A DNA stretch of 64,000 bases, taken from assembly GCA_003135555.1 (NCBI GenBank), contig PLCF01000062.1, positions 62,981-126,980 of the forward strand, written 5' to 3'. The notes under the pieces are model-generated. The model was not told where the DNA came from. It was given only the letters and a program-made list of their open reading frames with translations, and did not search any database. The position numbers were made by a program, and so were the translations under genes. Positions 16,963-27,140 of this stretch are shown in pieces; the first letter of the stretch is position 1, and every line of letters begins with the position of its first letter. Source of the stretch: Vulcanimicrobiota bacterium. GTDB lineage: Bacteria; Vulcanimicrobiota; Vulcanimicrobiia; Vulcanimicrobiales; Vulcanimicrobiaceae.

Positions 16963-19274
16963 GGCACTGCGGCGGGATCACGCTCGACTGCGACGACGAC
17001 GCGAGGCGGTTGCTGGTCGACACGAAGGGGGCCAACGGCATCGAGGCGGTCGAGGTCCGCTACGACGCGAACCCCAAGCCGCTCGCGCCGACGACGGTCC
17101 TCGTTGTCACGTTCTTCGCGGGCGTGCCGGCGGGCATCGACGCAAAGCACGTCGCGATCACCGGCGGCGTCCGCGTCCCCGGCCCGACGCTGCACGTGAC
17201 GGGCGTCGCGACGGTGACCGTTACGGGCGTCGACCACCTCGAGATCACGCTCGACCGGTTCGGCGATCACTCGACCTACGCGCTCGCGATCGACGCCGGC
17301 CTCCACCCCCTCGATCCCGCCTACGCGTGCAAGACGTTCCGCTTCACGGTCGACTGCCCCGACCCGTTCGACTGCAAACCGCCGGCGCCGTTCCCGCCGC
17401 CGCTCCCCGCCGATCCGCCGCTGGACTACCTCGCCAAAGACTACCTCAGCTTCCGCCGCGCGCTGCTCGACTTTCTCCCCACGCGCGTCCCCGGTTTCGA
17501 CGAGACGAACGAAGCCGACCTCGGCGTGACGCTCGCGGAGCTGTTCGCGTATGCGGGCGATCTGCTTAGCTATTTCCAGGACGCGGTCAACAACGAGAAG
17601 TACCTGCGCACCGCGCGCCGGCGCGTCTCGGTGAAGCGTCACGCGCGGCTGGTCGACTACGGCATGCACGAGGGCGCCGCCGCGACGACGCTGCTCCAGT
17701 TCTCGGTCGCGGCGACGGTCGCCTCGCCGGCGACGCTTCCGGCCGCGTTCGCCGTGACGACCGACGAGACCGATCCCGCTCGCCGCACGACGTTCGAGAC
17801 GCTCGCCGACGCGAAACTCTTCTTCGAGCAGAACCCCGCCGCCGCGATGGCGCCCTACACGTGGGGCAACGCGACGTGCTGCATCGAGCAAGGCGCGACG
17901 AGCTTGGACGTCGAGGGCTCGCGGCCGAGCCTGGACGCCGGGACGATGCTGCTGATCGAAGAGGTGCTCACGCCGTATGACGAGGGCGGTAGCACCGTAC
18001 TGGACTCGCCGCCGGACCCGACGCATCGCTGCGTCGTGACGCTCGATGCGAAGCCCAGTACCTTCATCGACGGGCTCACCGGCGCGACCGTCACGCGGTT
18101 GACGTGGGGTTCCGCCGACGCGCTGCCGTTCGCGTTCTGCGCGGAGCGCACCGCGAAGGGCCCGGCGACCCTCGTCTCGGGAAATCTCGTGCCCGCGAGC
18201 CACGGGCGAAGCGTGCTCAAGGAGCCGTTCGTTCCCGGCGCGCCGCTGCTCGAAGCGCCGCTGACGTGGCTCGCCGGCGCCTCGGGCGATCCGCGCGGCG
18301 CGACGAGCTCGGTCGCGCTCGAGATCGTCACCGAAGCGTGGCACGAAGTCTCCTCGCTGCTCGACTCCGGACCGGACGATCCGGACTTCGTCGTCGACGT
18401 CGACGGCGACGGCCGCGGAACGCTGCGCTTCGGGACCGGCGACGGTTTGGGCCGGCCGCTGCCGGTGCCGGTGCCGGTCGGCAAGTCGACGCTGAGCTAT
18501 CGGATCGGGAACGGCGCCGCCGGCAACGTCGGCCGCGAAACGCTCGTGCAGCTCGCGCCGTCCGCCGCGGCTCTCGGCGTCACGGCGGTGCGCAATCCAT
18601 TCCCCGCCACCGGCGGCACCGACCCGGAGCCCATCGCCGACGTGCAACGCGATGCGCCGCAGGCGTTTCGCGCGGTCCAGTATCGCGCCGTCACGGCCGA
18701 CGATTACGCCGCCGCCGCGAAGCTCGTGCCGGGGATCGCCGACGCCATCGCGACGTTTCGCTGGACGGGGAGCTGGCTGACCGTGTTCGTCCTCGTCGAC
18801 CCGCAGGGCCGCACGACGCTCGACGCCACGCTGCACGACGCCGTCATCGCGCAGCTCGACGCCTACCGCCAGGCCGGTTACGATCTCGAGATCCGCCCGC
18901 CGAGCTACGTCGCGCTCGACATCGCCCTCACGGTGTGCGTCCAACCGAACTACCTGCGCGCCGACGTGCTCGCAGCGGTGCTCGACGCGCTCGCAAGCGG
19001 GCCGCGCCGCGACGGCGGGCTCGGCTTCTTCGCGCCCGGCACGTTCAGTTTCGGCGGCGGCGTCGCGCTCAGCCGGCTGTACGCGGCGGTGCAAGCGGTT
19101 CCCGGTGTGCTCGCGGTGCACGCGACGCGCTTCCGCCGCTACGGCGAAGACGACCACGGCGCGCTCGCGGACGGGCTCATCGCGCTCGGGCCGTTCGAGA
19201 TCGCGCGGCTCGACCGCGATCCCGACGCGCCGGACAACGGCGTCCTGGCGATCGATTTGGACGGCGGCAGATGA
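16959..19274 (+). CDS. Baseplate J-like protein (Afp11-like)
   Basis: DYLAKDYLSFRRALL, ELFAYAGDLLSYFQDAV, LRFGTGDG, YRIGNGAAGNVG, RAVTADDY. Confidence 0.92.
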   Translation: MRHCGGITLDCDDDARRLLVDTKGANGIEAVEVRYDANPKPLAPTTVLVVTFFAGVPAGIDAKHVAITGGVRVPGPTLHVTGVATVTVTGVDHLEITLDRFGDHSTYALAIDAGLHPLDPAYACKTFRFTVDCPDPFDCKPPAPFPPPLPADPPLDYLAKDYLSFRRALLDFLPTRVPGFDETNEADLGVTLAELFAYAGDLLSYFQDAVNNEKYLRTARRRVSVKRHARLVDYGMHEGAAATTLLQFSVAATVASPATLPAAFAVTTDETDPARRTTFETLADAKLFFEQNPAAAMAPYTWGNATCCIEQGATSLDVEGSRPSLDAGTMLLIEEVLTPYDEGGSTVLDSPPDPTHRCVVTLDAKPSTFIDGLTGATVTRLTWGSADALPFAFCAERTAKGPATLVSGNLVPASHGRSVLKEPFVPGAPLLEAPLTWLAGASGDPRGATSSVALEIVTEAWHEVSSLLDSGPDDPDFVVDVDGDGRGTLRFGTGDGLGRPLPVPVPVGKSTLSYRIGNGAAGNVGRETLVQLAPSAAALGVTAVRNPFPATGGTDPEPIADVQRDAPQAFRAVQYRAVTADDYAAAAKLVPGIADAIATFRWTGSWLTVFVLVDPQGRTTLDATLHDAVIAQLDAYRQAGYDLEIRPPSYVALDIALTVCVQPNYLRADVLAAVLDALASGPRRDGGLGFFAPGTFSFGGGVALSRLYAAVQAVPGVLAVHATRFRRYGEDDHGALADGLIALGPFEIARLDRDPDAPDNGVLAIDLDGGR

Positions 19275-21826
19275 GCGAGGACCGTTGCGCGCTGTTCGCG
19301 CCGCCCGCGTGCACGGCATGCGATCCCCGCGCGCCCGCGACGCCGCTCTCGCTGGTGAACCGGCCCGGCCTCTCGGCGCTGCGCTATCGTGTCGGAACGT
19401 TCGAGACGTTCCGGCAGGCGATGCTCGACCGACTGGTCGTCGTCCCGGTCGACGGCGTCGATCCGTACGACCCGGCGCGCAAGACGACGATGCTAACGAC
19501 GTTCGATTCCGGCGATTACGGGATCGCGATGCTCGAGCTTTGGGCCTACGTGTGCGCGGTGCTGACGTTCTATCAGCAGGCGTATGCGAACGAAGCGTTC
19601 CTGCGCACGTCGACGCTGCGCGAGTCGCTGGTCGAGCTCGCCGCGCTGCTCGGCTACGAGCCGCTTCCCGGTGTCGCCGCGACGGCGTTGCTCGCGTTCT
19701 TCGCGAATCCGGGCGCCGTCGCGACGCTGCCGGCCGGCTTGCAAGTCGAATCGATCCCCGCACCGGGGCTGCAGCCGCAGCTCTTCGAGCTCTCGTCGAA
19801 GCTCGCGATCGCCGCCGCCGCGAACCAGCCGGTCTTGTTCGGCCCGCCCAGTGCTGCATCGTTCGGCACGGGCGCGCTCATCATCGGCGCGGCGAACGCG
19901 GCCGGTGTGACGCCGGGTACGAAGCTGGTGTTCTTCGATCCAGTGGCGGGGACGGTGCTGGGGACGGAGTCGGTGACGAGCGTGACCTCGACGACGCTCG
20001 GCAAGTTCGTGTCGTGGCGCGGTGAGCTCGGGACGACGCCCGTTTCGTCGATGAGCGTCTACCGCTACGGGCGCACCTTCCACTGGTACGGCGCCAACGC
20101 ACCGCTGCACTACCTCTCGATCGCGCCGTCCGGCTCGACCGTGACGTACGTCGACGTGTGGATGGACACCGACGGTGACGTCAGCGATGCGACGCTCAGC
20201 TTCATGGTCGACGGGCAGTCCAACCCGGCCACGATCTCGCTCGACGGCACGTACGACGGGCTGGTGCGCGGCGGAAAGCTGCTCGTGCACTGCGACGGGC
20301 AGTACCTGCGGCTGGCCACGATCACCGACGTCCGAGCCGGTGCCTCCAAGCGCGGTCAGCTCTCGGGCGCGTGCACGAACGTGACGGTCGACTTCGATCT
20401 GCCCAAGGCGAACGACCTGCGCTTCATCACGATCTATGAATTGCTCGGCGACGCCGTCGCGTTCTCGCCGCACACGTTCGCAACGTGGTTCGGCGCAAAC
20501 GATCCGTCCGGCGGCACGCGGATCTATGTCGACGACGCGTCGGCGATCGCACGGAACCAGCGTCTGGTCATCGTCTCGGGGTCGGGAAACGCGTTGCAGT
20601 CCGACGTCGTGACGGCGGTCGCCGCGCCGTCGGGCACCGGTCCGCCCTTCGCGGTCACGGTGACGCCGCCGCTGACGCACGCGCACTACGACGCCGCGTC
20701 GACGCGGTTGTTCGCGAACGTCGCCGCTGCAACCGCCGGAAAGACGCAGAAGGATCAGATACTCGGCGACGGCGACGCGTCGCAGGCGTTCCAGGAGTTC
20801 ACGCTCGCGAAGAACCCCGTCACATACGTCCCCGACCCGTCGTCGCAGACCGGCGCTTCGAGCACGCTTGCGGTCTTCGTCGACGGCATCGCCTGGAATG
20901 AGGTGCCCTCGCTCTACGGACGCGCGCCCGACGAGTCTGTGTACGAGACGTTCGTCGATCCCGACGGAAAGCGCCACGTGCGCACCGGCGACGGGCGCCA
21001 CGGCCGCCGTGTGACGACGGGCTCGGGCAACGTGCGCGCGCACCTGCGCGCCGGGCTGGGCAGCGGCGGGAACGTCGACGCGGAGACGATCGCGACGCTG
21101 GTGCAGACCGTGCCGGGGCTGCGCGCGGTCGAGAACCCCGTCCCGGCGTTCGGCGGAGCCGATCAGCAGTCGTTCGCCGCGATCCGGCACGAAGCGCCGA
21201 GCAGCGTGCTCACGCTGGGCCGCATCGTCTCGCTGCGCGACTACGAAACGTTCGCGCTCGCGTACGCCGGGATCACGAAGGCGCACGCCGCCTGGGCCGA
21301 GATCGCCGAGGCGCGGGGCGTCGCGCTGACCGTCGCGACGGCCGGCGAAGCACCGCTGGGCCCGCTGGCGCAGCCGCTGCGCGACTTCTTCGACGGTCAT
21401 CGCGATCCCAACGTCGCGCTCGCGATCTCGACCGCGACGCCGCTGCGGTTCGAGCTCGCGGTCACCGTGCACGTGCGCGACGGCGTGCTGCGCAGCGGCG
21501 TCGCGGAGGGGGTCGCGGCGGCGGTCGGGCCGAGCGCAGCCGGTACCGGGATGCTCGACGACGCGAACGTCCCGCTCGGCGAGACGTTGTTCCTGAGCGA
21601 GATCCTGGCCGCGCTGCAAGGCGTCGCGGGCGTCGACTGGGTCGCCGTCGACACGTTCGCGCCGCGGGACGCGAGCCGCGGCTACGGCGGCGTCGCGCCG
21701 CCGGACGTCGTCGACGCGATCCTCGTCGCGCCGAACGAGGTCGCCTCGCCGGTGCGTCCCGACGACACCCCCGGCGTCACGATCAGGTGGGATGGCGGCG
21801 TCGACGATATAGGCGGTGTGCCGTGA
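19271..21826 (+). CDS. Second baseplate J-like protein
   Basis: NRPGLSALRYRVGTF, VLTFYQQAYANEAFLRT, LGDGDASQAFQEF, RIVSLRDYETFA. Confidence 0.92.
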   Translation: MSEDRCALFAPPACTACDPRAPATPLSLVNRPGLSALRYRVGTFETFRQAMLDRLVVVPVDGVDPYDPARKTTMLTTFDSGDYGIAMLELWAYVCAVLTFYQQAYANEAFLRTSTLRESLVELAALLGYEPLPGVAATALLAFFANPGAVATLPAGLQVESIPAPGLQPQLFELSSKLAIAAAANQPVLFGPPSAASFGTGALIIGAANAAGVTPGTKLVFFDPVAGTVLGTESVTSVTSTTLGKFVSWRGELGTTPVSSMSVYRYGRTFHWYGANAPLHYLSIAPSGSTVTYVDVWMDTDGDVSDATLSFMVDGQSNPATISLDGTYDGLVRGGKLLVHCDGQYLRLATITDVRAGASKRGQLSGACTNVTVDFDLPKANDLRFITIYELLGDAVAFSPHTFATWFGANDPSGGTRIYVDDASAIARNQRLVIVSGSGNALQSDVVTAVAAPSGTGPPFAVTVTPPLTHAHYDAASTRLFANVAAATAGKTQKDQILGDGDASQAFQEFTLAKNPVTYVPDPSSQTGASSTLAVFVDGIAWNEVPSLYGRAPDESVYETFVDPDGKRHVRTGDGRHGRRVTTGSGNVRAHLRAGLGSGGNVDAETIATLVQTVPGLRAVENPVPAFGGADQQSFAAIRHEAPSSVLTLGRIVSLRDYETFALAYAGITKAHAAWAEIAEARGVALTVATAGEAPLGPLAQPLRDFFDGHRDPNVALAISTATPLRFELAVTVHVRDGVLRSGVAEGVAAAVGPSAAGTGMLDDANVPLGETLFLSEILAALQGVAGVDWVAVDTFAPRDASRGYGGVAPPDVVDAILVAPNEVASPVRPDDTPGVTIRWDGGVDDIGGVP

Positions 21827-23871
21827 GCGGTCTGGTCTCGCTGTACGATCTGCTGCCCGAGTACGTCCGCCGGCAAGACGTCGAGCGCGCCGTCGCCCCC
21901 GACGGTAGCGGACCGTTGCGCCTGCTGCTCGACGCCGCGCAGATGCAGGGCGACCTGGTGTACGCCGACATCCTGCGGCTGTACGACAACTTCTTCGTCG
22001 AGACGTGCGACCCGTGGGTGCTGCCCTACATCGCCGACATCATCGGCCTGGACCTCATCGACGATCTGCCGGCGGACAACCGGCGCGACCTCGCGCGCAC
22101 GATCGCGTACCGGCGCCGCAAAGGGACCGTCTCGCAGCTCGAGACGATGGCGCGCGACGTCACCTCGTACGACTGCAAGGTCGTCGAGTTCTTCACGCGC
22201 ATGCAGTGGACGCAGAGCATGATCCACCTGCGTCCCGACGCGCTCGCGACCGTCGACGTCCGCGATGCCGCCACCCTGGCGCGGATCGACACGGCGTTCG
22301 ACCGCGCGCAGCACGTCGCCGACGTGCGCCCCGCGGCGCAGACGCAAGGCCTGTACGCGATCAAGAAGATCGGCTTCTATCTCTGGCGGCTGGAGGCGAT
22401 CCCGCTGCGGGGCGTCGAGATGGCGCCGGCGCCGCCGCCGGCGCCGGCCGGGGCGTACCACTTCGACGTGCTCGGGCAGCCGCTGCCGCTGTTCGCGGCG
22501 CCGCCTCCGCTCGAGCGGCCGACCGATGCGCCCTGGCCGCGCGTCGACGAGTTCGGCGTGCGCGGGCCGATCTCGCCGTGGCTCATCGCGGAGTCGCCGG
22601 CGGACTTTTGGCAGACGGCCGTCGTCCCGCCCGGCTCGGTAGCGCGCTCGCGCGGCTTCGACGTCTTCGACGCCGCCGGAAACCGCATCGTGCTCACGCC
22701 GCTGCCCGCCGATCTGTGCGATTGGCGCCGCGCGCCCGCACCGCCGTTGCCGAAGGGCTCGGTGGCGGTCGACGTGCGCCTCGGACGCCTCCTGTTCGCG
22801 CCGGGCGAGGCGCCGAAAGGCGTGCTCATCTGCGACACGTTCTTCGGGCTCGCCGGCGAGATCGGCGGCGGCGCCTACGCGCAGGACCGCAGCTTGGCGC
22901 TGCTCCCAGCCGAGGTCCCCGACGTGCAGACCGTCACGCAGACCGGCGGCGCGCCGATCAGCGCGGCGCTGACCGCGCTGGCCGGGTCGGTCGCCCGCGT
23001 GCGCGTCGTGCAGATCGCCGACAGCCGCACCTACGGCAACGAGACGCTGCCGCTGCCCGCGAAGTTCGAGACGCTGGTGATCCAGGCGGCGCCGGCACAG
23101 CGCCCGACGATCGTGCTGTCAGGGACCGGCGCGAAGCCCGTTTTCGGCGGCAATCCGGTACAGGGCTCGCTGCTGATCCTGCGCGGGCTGCAAGTCACCG
23201 GCCTAGGCGAGACGCTCTCGTTCCCGGACGGCATCGCGGAGATCCGGCTCGAGCACTGCACGGTCGACCCGGGCGGTGGGCCGTCGGCGGACGGCGTGAC
23301 CGCGCGCGCCGCCGGCGTGCTGCTCGCGCTCGAACCGCGCGCGGTCGATGCGACGCTGAGCATCGATCATTCCATCATCGGGGAGCTGAAGCTCCCGGTC
23401 GAGATGCGCTGCATCTCGATCCGCGACTCGATCGTCGACGGGCGGCCGTTCGGCGCGGCGCTGACGAACGGGCCGAAGGTCGTGGTCGAGCGCAGCACGG
23501 TGTTCGGCGGCGTCTCGTGTCTCGTCCTCGACGCGAGCGAGACGATCTTCGATGACGTCGTGACGGTCGTGCAACGGCAGGACGGCTGCGTTCGTTTCTG
23601 CTCGTTCACGCCGGCCTCCGCGACGCCGCGCCGGTACGAGTGCGCGCCGGACGCCGATCGCCCCGAGTTCACCTCCACGCTCTTCCGCGAGCCCGGATAC
23701 GCACAGCTCGCGCTCTCGTCGCCGGCGACGATCCGCCAGGGCGGCGACGACCGCGGCGAGATCGGCGTGTGGTCTTCCCTCCAAGAACAGCAGCGCATCG
23801 CGCACTTGCGCCTGCGCTTGGCCGAGTATCTTCCCGCCGGTTTGATCCCGGTTTTCGTCTTCGCGACGTAG
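21823..23871 (+). CDS. P2 gpI-like tail/baseplate protein with C-terminal beta-helix
   Basis: LYDLLPEYVRRQD, LYDNFFVETCDPWVLPYIADIIG, TIAYRRRKGT, QDGCVRF, EYLPAG. Confidence 0.85.
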   Translation: MSGLVSLYDLLPEYVRRQDVERAVAPDGSGPLRLLLDAAQMQGDLVYADILRLYDNFFVETCDPWVLPYIADIIGLDLIDDLPADNRRDLARTIAYRRRKGTVSQLETMARDVTSYDCKVVEFFTRMQWTQSMIHLRPDALATVDVRDAATLARIDTAFDRAQHVADVRPAAQTQGLYAIKKIGFYLWRLEAIPLRGVEMAPAPPPAPAGAYHFDVLGQPLPLFAAPPPLERPTDAPWPRVDEFGVRGPISPWLIAESPADFWQTAVVPPGSVARSRGFDVFDAAGNRIVLTPLPADLCDWRRAPAPPLPKGSVAVDVRLGRLLFAPGEAPKGVLICDTFFGLAGEIGGGAYAQDRSLALLPAEVPDVQTVTQTGGAPISAALTALAGSVARVRVVQIADSRTYGNETLPLPAKFETLVIQAAPAQRPTIVLSGTGAKPVFGGNPVQGSLLILRGLQVTGLGETLSFPDGIAEIRLEHCTVDPGGGPSADGVTARAAGVLLALEPRAVDATLSIDHSIIGELKLPVEMRCISIRDSIVDGRPFGAALTNGPKVVVERSTVFGGVSCLVLDASETIFDDVVTVVQRQDGCVRFCSFTPASATPRRYECAPDADRPEFTSTLFREPGYAQLALSSPATIRQGGDDRGEIGVWSSLQEQQRIAHLRLRLAEYLPAGLIPVFVFAT

Positions 23872-23888
23872 TCAGGAGCACGATCGCC

Positions 23889-26800
23889 ATGAAGGCTGAT
23901 TTCAGCCGCCTCACGTTCGACCGACGCCAGCATTACGCGGGGGTTCTGCAGCAGCAGGGCCGCGTCTGGACGGACGCCGACGTCAACGAGTGGGTCGAGA
24001 TCGTCCTCGACCGTTTTCGCACGCAGAGCCGCGACGCGTTCGGTGCCGCCTGGCGTCCCGACGCCGCGGCGGGCTTCAAGCTCGCCGTCAACGGCACCAC
24101 GGTCACGATCGGCGCCGGGCGGCTGTACGTCGACGGCATGCTCGCCGAGCTCGACGCAGCGGCCGGCTACGACGCACAGATCGACTTCCCGTTCCCGGCG
24201 CAGACTATCTGGGCGAGAGGTATCACCGGCGGCGCGCCGCAGGGCGACTGGCCGGGGATAGCCGCCGCCGACGGCAGCACCGATCTGTTCTACGTCGAGG
24301 TGTGGCAGCGTCACCTGACCGCGCTCAACGACGAGGCCGAGCGCGACGACGTCGCGGGCGCGCCCGACTGGAACGCGATCCCGAGCGTCGGCGACTATAT
24401 TCGCGAGCGCGCGTTGGGCGGCGTCGACACGTGCACCCGCCTGCGCACCGTCGCCCAAGTGAAACGTTGGCCGCTCCCCAACGGCGTCGCCGCCGACTGC
24501 GCCACCGCGTGCGCCGAGCTCAAGAAGACGCTGACGACTGACGGGACGCTGCTCGTCACCGTGCCGCCGATCCCGCCGGTCGTCGACCCGTGCCAGCAGC
24601 CGCTCGACGGCGGATACAACGGCCGCGAGAACGCGCTGTACCGCGTGGAGATCCACACGCCTGGCAATGCCGGCACGGCAACGTTCAAGTGGTCGAACGA
24701 GAATGGCGCGATGACGGTGCGCGTGAACGCGGCGAAACCGTACGTCATCGTTCCCGCGGGGACCGCACTGACGCTGCGCTCGGTCGGACGCGATCAGCAG
24801 ACGCAGCTGCAGTCGGGCAACGTCGTCGAGCTGTGCGGTGAGGACACTGAGCTCGGCGTGTGGCGCAACGCGCTCGCGCAGATCGTCGACGGCCCGACCG
24901 CGCAACCCGACGGCACGTGGCAGGTGAAGCTGGACGCCGACGTCCTGGTGCCGCGCGCGCCGTTCTTGCGGCGCTGGAACGCCAAGGACGCGCCGATCCC
25001 AGCGCTCGGGACGCAGGCCGCGCTCGACGTCCCCGCCGAGATCGACGTGCAGTTCTTCGACACGGGCGGCGCGACGACGGGGACGCCGTTCTTCCGCGCG
25101 ATGGACTACTGGACGTTCAGCGCACGCACGCTCACGCGCGAGATCGAGCCGCCCGACATCACGCAGGTTGCGCAACACGTGCGCGGGATCGACCGCGCCG
25201 TCACGTGCCTGGCGCTCGTCGCGTGGTCGAGCTCACCCGCTGAGCCCCCCACAGGCTTTCTTATCGACTGCCTCCCGCCGCCGCAGCAGCAGGATACGTG
25301 CGGCTGCTGCTGCACGGCGGTCGTGCGGCCACCGCCCAAAGACCAACAGGGGCGCGACGAGACCCCGGTGCTGCGCGCGGCGGTGGCATCGCTGCCTCGC
25401 GAAGGCGGGACGATCTGCATCGACCCAGGCTTCTACGCGCTCCTATCGGGGCCGGTCATCATCGACCGGCCGGGCGTCACGATTCGCGGCTGCGGTGAAC
25501 GCACGCGGATCTTCGCACCGCAGGGCGCGTTCGTCGCCGAGACGGTCGCCTCCCTGACACGCATCGAGGACCTCGCGATCCATATGTTCGACGTCCCGGC
25601 GATCGTGTCGGACGACGGCGTCCAAGGGATCGCGGTCGTCGGGACGAGCGTGACCGCCGAAGTAAGCACGCGATCGTACGCGTACTCGCTCTCCGGCCTA
25701 AACCTGCTCGTCGAGCGCAATCACGTGGTCGACGCTTGCGGCGTCGAGATTCGCACCGGCAGCGCCGGCGTGACGATCGCCCGCAACGTGTTCGAACGCG
25801 GGATCGGGCGCGCGATCAGTCTCGGCTCGCCGGTTACCGGGCCGGCGAACGATCAGTTCGTGCGCACGGTGCGGATTCGCGACAACGAGATTCGCGACAT
25901 GGCGGCGGAGGCGATCGCCATGCCGTTCTGGGTGGAAAACGAACCGGTCACGCTGATCGTCGCCGACGACCTTCGGATCGACGGAAACCTGATCGAGCGC
26001 TGCCTCGCCGACCGGCTCGAGGGCGTCGGGTTCGTGTCGCACGGGCTGACCGTGGACGGCAACGGGCATCCCACGATCACGACACGCGTCTTCGAAGCGG
26101 CGTCGATGTCCGCGGGGACGGCGAGTGGCGGAACCACGTCCGCGGGGGGGTCCGCCCCGCCGCCGTCGCTGGTAACGAACGTCGCTCCGGTTTTTCTCCC
26201 GATCGCGCAGCGCGTCGAGATCGAGGACAACCGGATCTTCTGCGACGCCGCCGGCCTCGCGACGTCGGGGATCGCGTTCTTCCTTGGCCTCGGCGTCGCG
26301 ATCTGCGACAACCACGTGACGCAGCTCGGGCAGAACGTCGTCCCCGCCGCCGCCCTTCCCGTGCCGCGTGCAGGTATCTCGATGGTCGCGCTCCATCCGT
26401 CGATCCCGGTACCAGGCGCGTTCGGCGCCGACCCGAACGGAGTTACGGACCCGCTGCTCGCGGCGGGTGCGGCGGCGTTGCGCGTCGCTGGGAACATCGT
26501 GCAGATCGAGGGCGCGCCCGCGATCGCGCTCCTCGGGATCGGCACCGTCTCGATCACCGACAACGACCTCGCGCGGCGGGGGCCGCCCTTCCCGGGCGAG
26601 CTTGCGCTCGCCGCCGGTCAGGTGAACATCGACGCTCCGGTGGTGGAATGCATCGTTGCCGGTTCGTCCGCGTCGCAAGGCGGGCTCGCCGCCTTCAGCT
26701 CGCAGCACCTCACCGCGCCGACGCAAGGATTCGATGAGTCGACGCAGCTCGTCGCGGGCGAGCTGGTGTTCGACGGAAACCGCTGTCTGCTCGACCTCGC

Positions 26801-27137
26801 GCAAGCGCAAACCGAGGAACGTGCCGCGATCGTCGCGCTGGTGCTCGGCGACGCGTCGGTGCAGCACAACGTCTCGCGCGTCGTCATTCTGGGAAGCATG
26901 CTGACGAACGGTCTCCTCTACGCGACGACACTGCGCTGCTCGGGGAACCGCTTCGACGAAAACTCGGCGCTGTTCTCCTGCTGGGGCGCGAGCACCGCCA
27001 CCGTCGCCGTCGGAAACTCGGGATCGCATTGCTTCTCGTTCACGCCGTGGTCGACGGAGTACCAGATCGCGAATCTGGTCGACCCCGCCGGGCGCAGCTT
27101 CTGCGACAGCGTTAGCGTCGCCCGGGGAATGAGGTAG
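23889..27137 (+). CDS. DUF6519 protein with right-handed beta-helix (putative fibre/receptor-binding protein)
   Basis: MKADFSRLTF, QQGRVWTDAD, GRLYVDG, GYNGRENALYRVEIH, FKWSNENG, DYWTFSAR; later IxxNxI repeats. Confidence 0.88.
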   Translation: MKADFSRLTFDRRQHYAGVLQQQGRVWTDADVNEWVEIVLDRFRTQSRDAFGAAWRPDAAAGFKLAVNGTTVTIGAGRLYVDGMLAELDAAAGYDAQIDFPFPAQTIWARGITGGAPQGDWPGIAAADGSTDLFYVEVWQRHLTALNDEAERDDVAGAPDWNAIPSVGDYIRERALGGVDTCTRLRTVAQVKRWPLPNGVAADCATACAELKKTLTTDGTLLVTVPPIPPVVDPCQQPLDGGYNGRENALYRVEIHTPGNAGTATFKWSNENGAMTVRVNAAKPYVIVPAGTALTLRSVGRDQQTQLQSGNVVELCGEDTELGVWRNALAQIVDGPTAQPDGTWQVKLDADVLVPRAPFLRRWNAKDAPIPALGTQAALDVPAEIDVQFFDTGGATTGTPFFRAMDYWTFSARTLTREIEPPDITQVAQHVRGIDRAVTCLALVAWSSSPAEPPTGFLIDCLPPPQQQDTCGCCCTAVVRPPPKDQQGRDETPVLRAAVASLPREGGTICIDPGFYALLSGPVIIDRPGVTIRGCGERTRIFAPQGAFVAETVASLTRIEDLAIHMFDVPAIVSDDGVQGIAVVGTSVTAEVSTRSYAYSLSGLNLLVERNHVVDACGVEIRTGSAGVTIARNVFERGIGRAISLGSPVTGPANDQFVRTVRIRDNEIRDMAAEAIAMPFWVENEPVTLIVADDLRIDGNLIERCLADRLEGVGFVSHGLTVDGNGHPTITTRVFEAASMSAGTASGGTTSAGGSAPPPSLVTNVAPVFLPIAQRVEIEDNRIFCDAAGLATSGIAFFLGLGVAICDNHVTQLGQNVVPAAALPVPRAGISMVALHPSIPVPGAFGADPNGVTDPLLAAGAAALRVAGNIVQIEGAPAIALLGIGTVSITDNDLARRGPPFPGELALAAGQVNIDAPVVECIVAGSSASQGGLAAFSSQHLTAPTQGFDESTQLVAGELVFDGNRCLLDLAQAQTEERAAIVALVLGDASVQHNVSRVVILGSMLTNGLLYATTLRCSGNRFDENSALFSCWGASTATVAVGNSGSHCFSFTPWSTEYQIANLVDPAGRSFCDSVSVARGMR

Positions 27138-27140
27138 GTC

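Noticed and set aside
3552..27137. Prophage or type VI secretion system
   Set aside because: No capsid, portal, terminase, integrase or replication genes, and no TssJLM/TssBC/ClpV; Pvc16, Afp15-type ATPase and DUF4157 indicate an eCIS.
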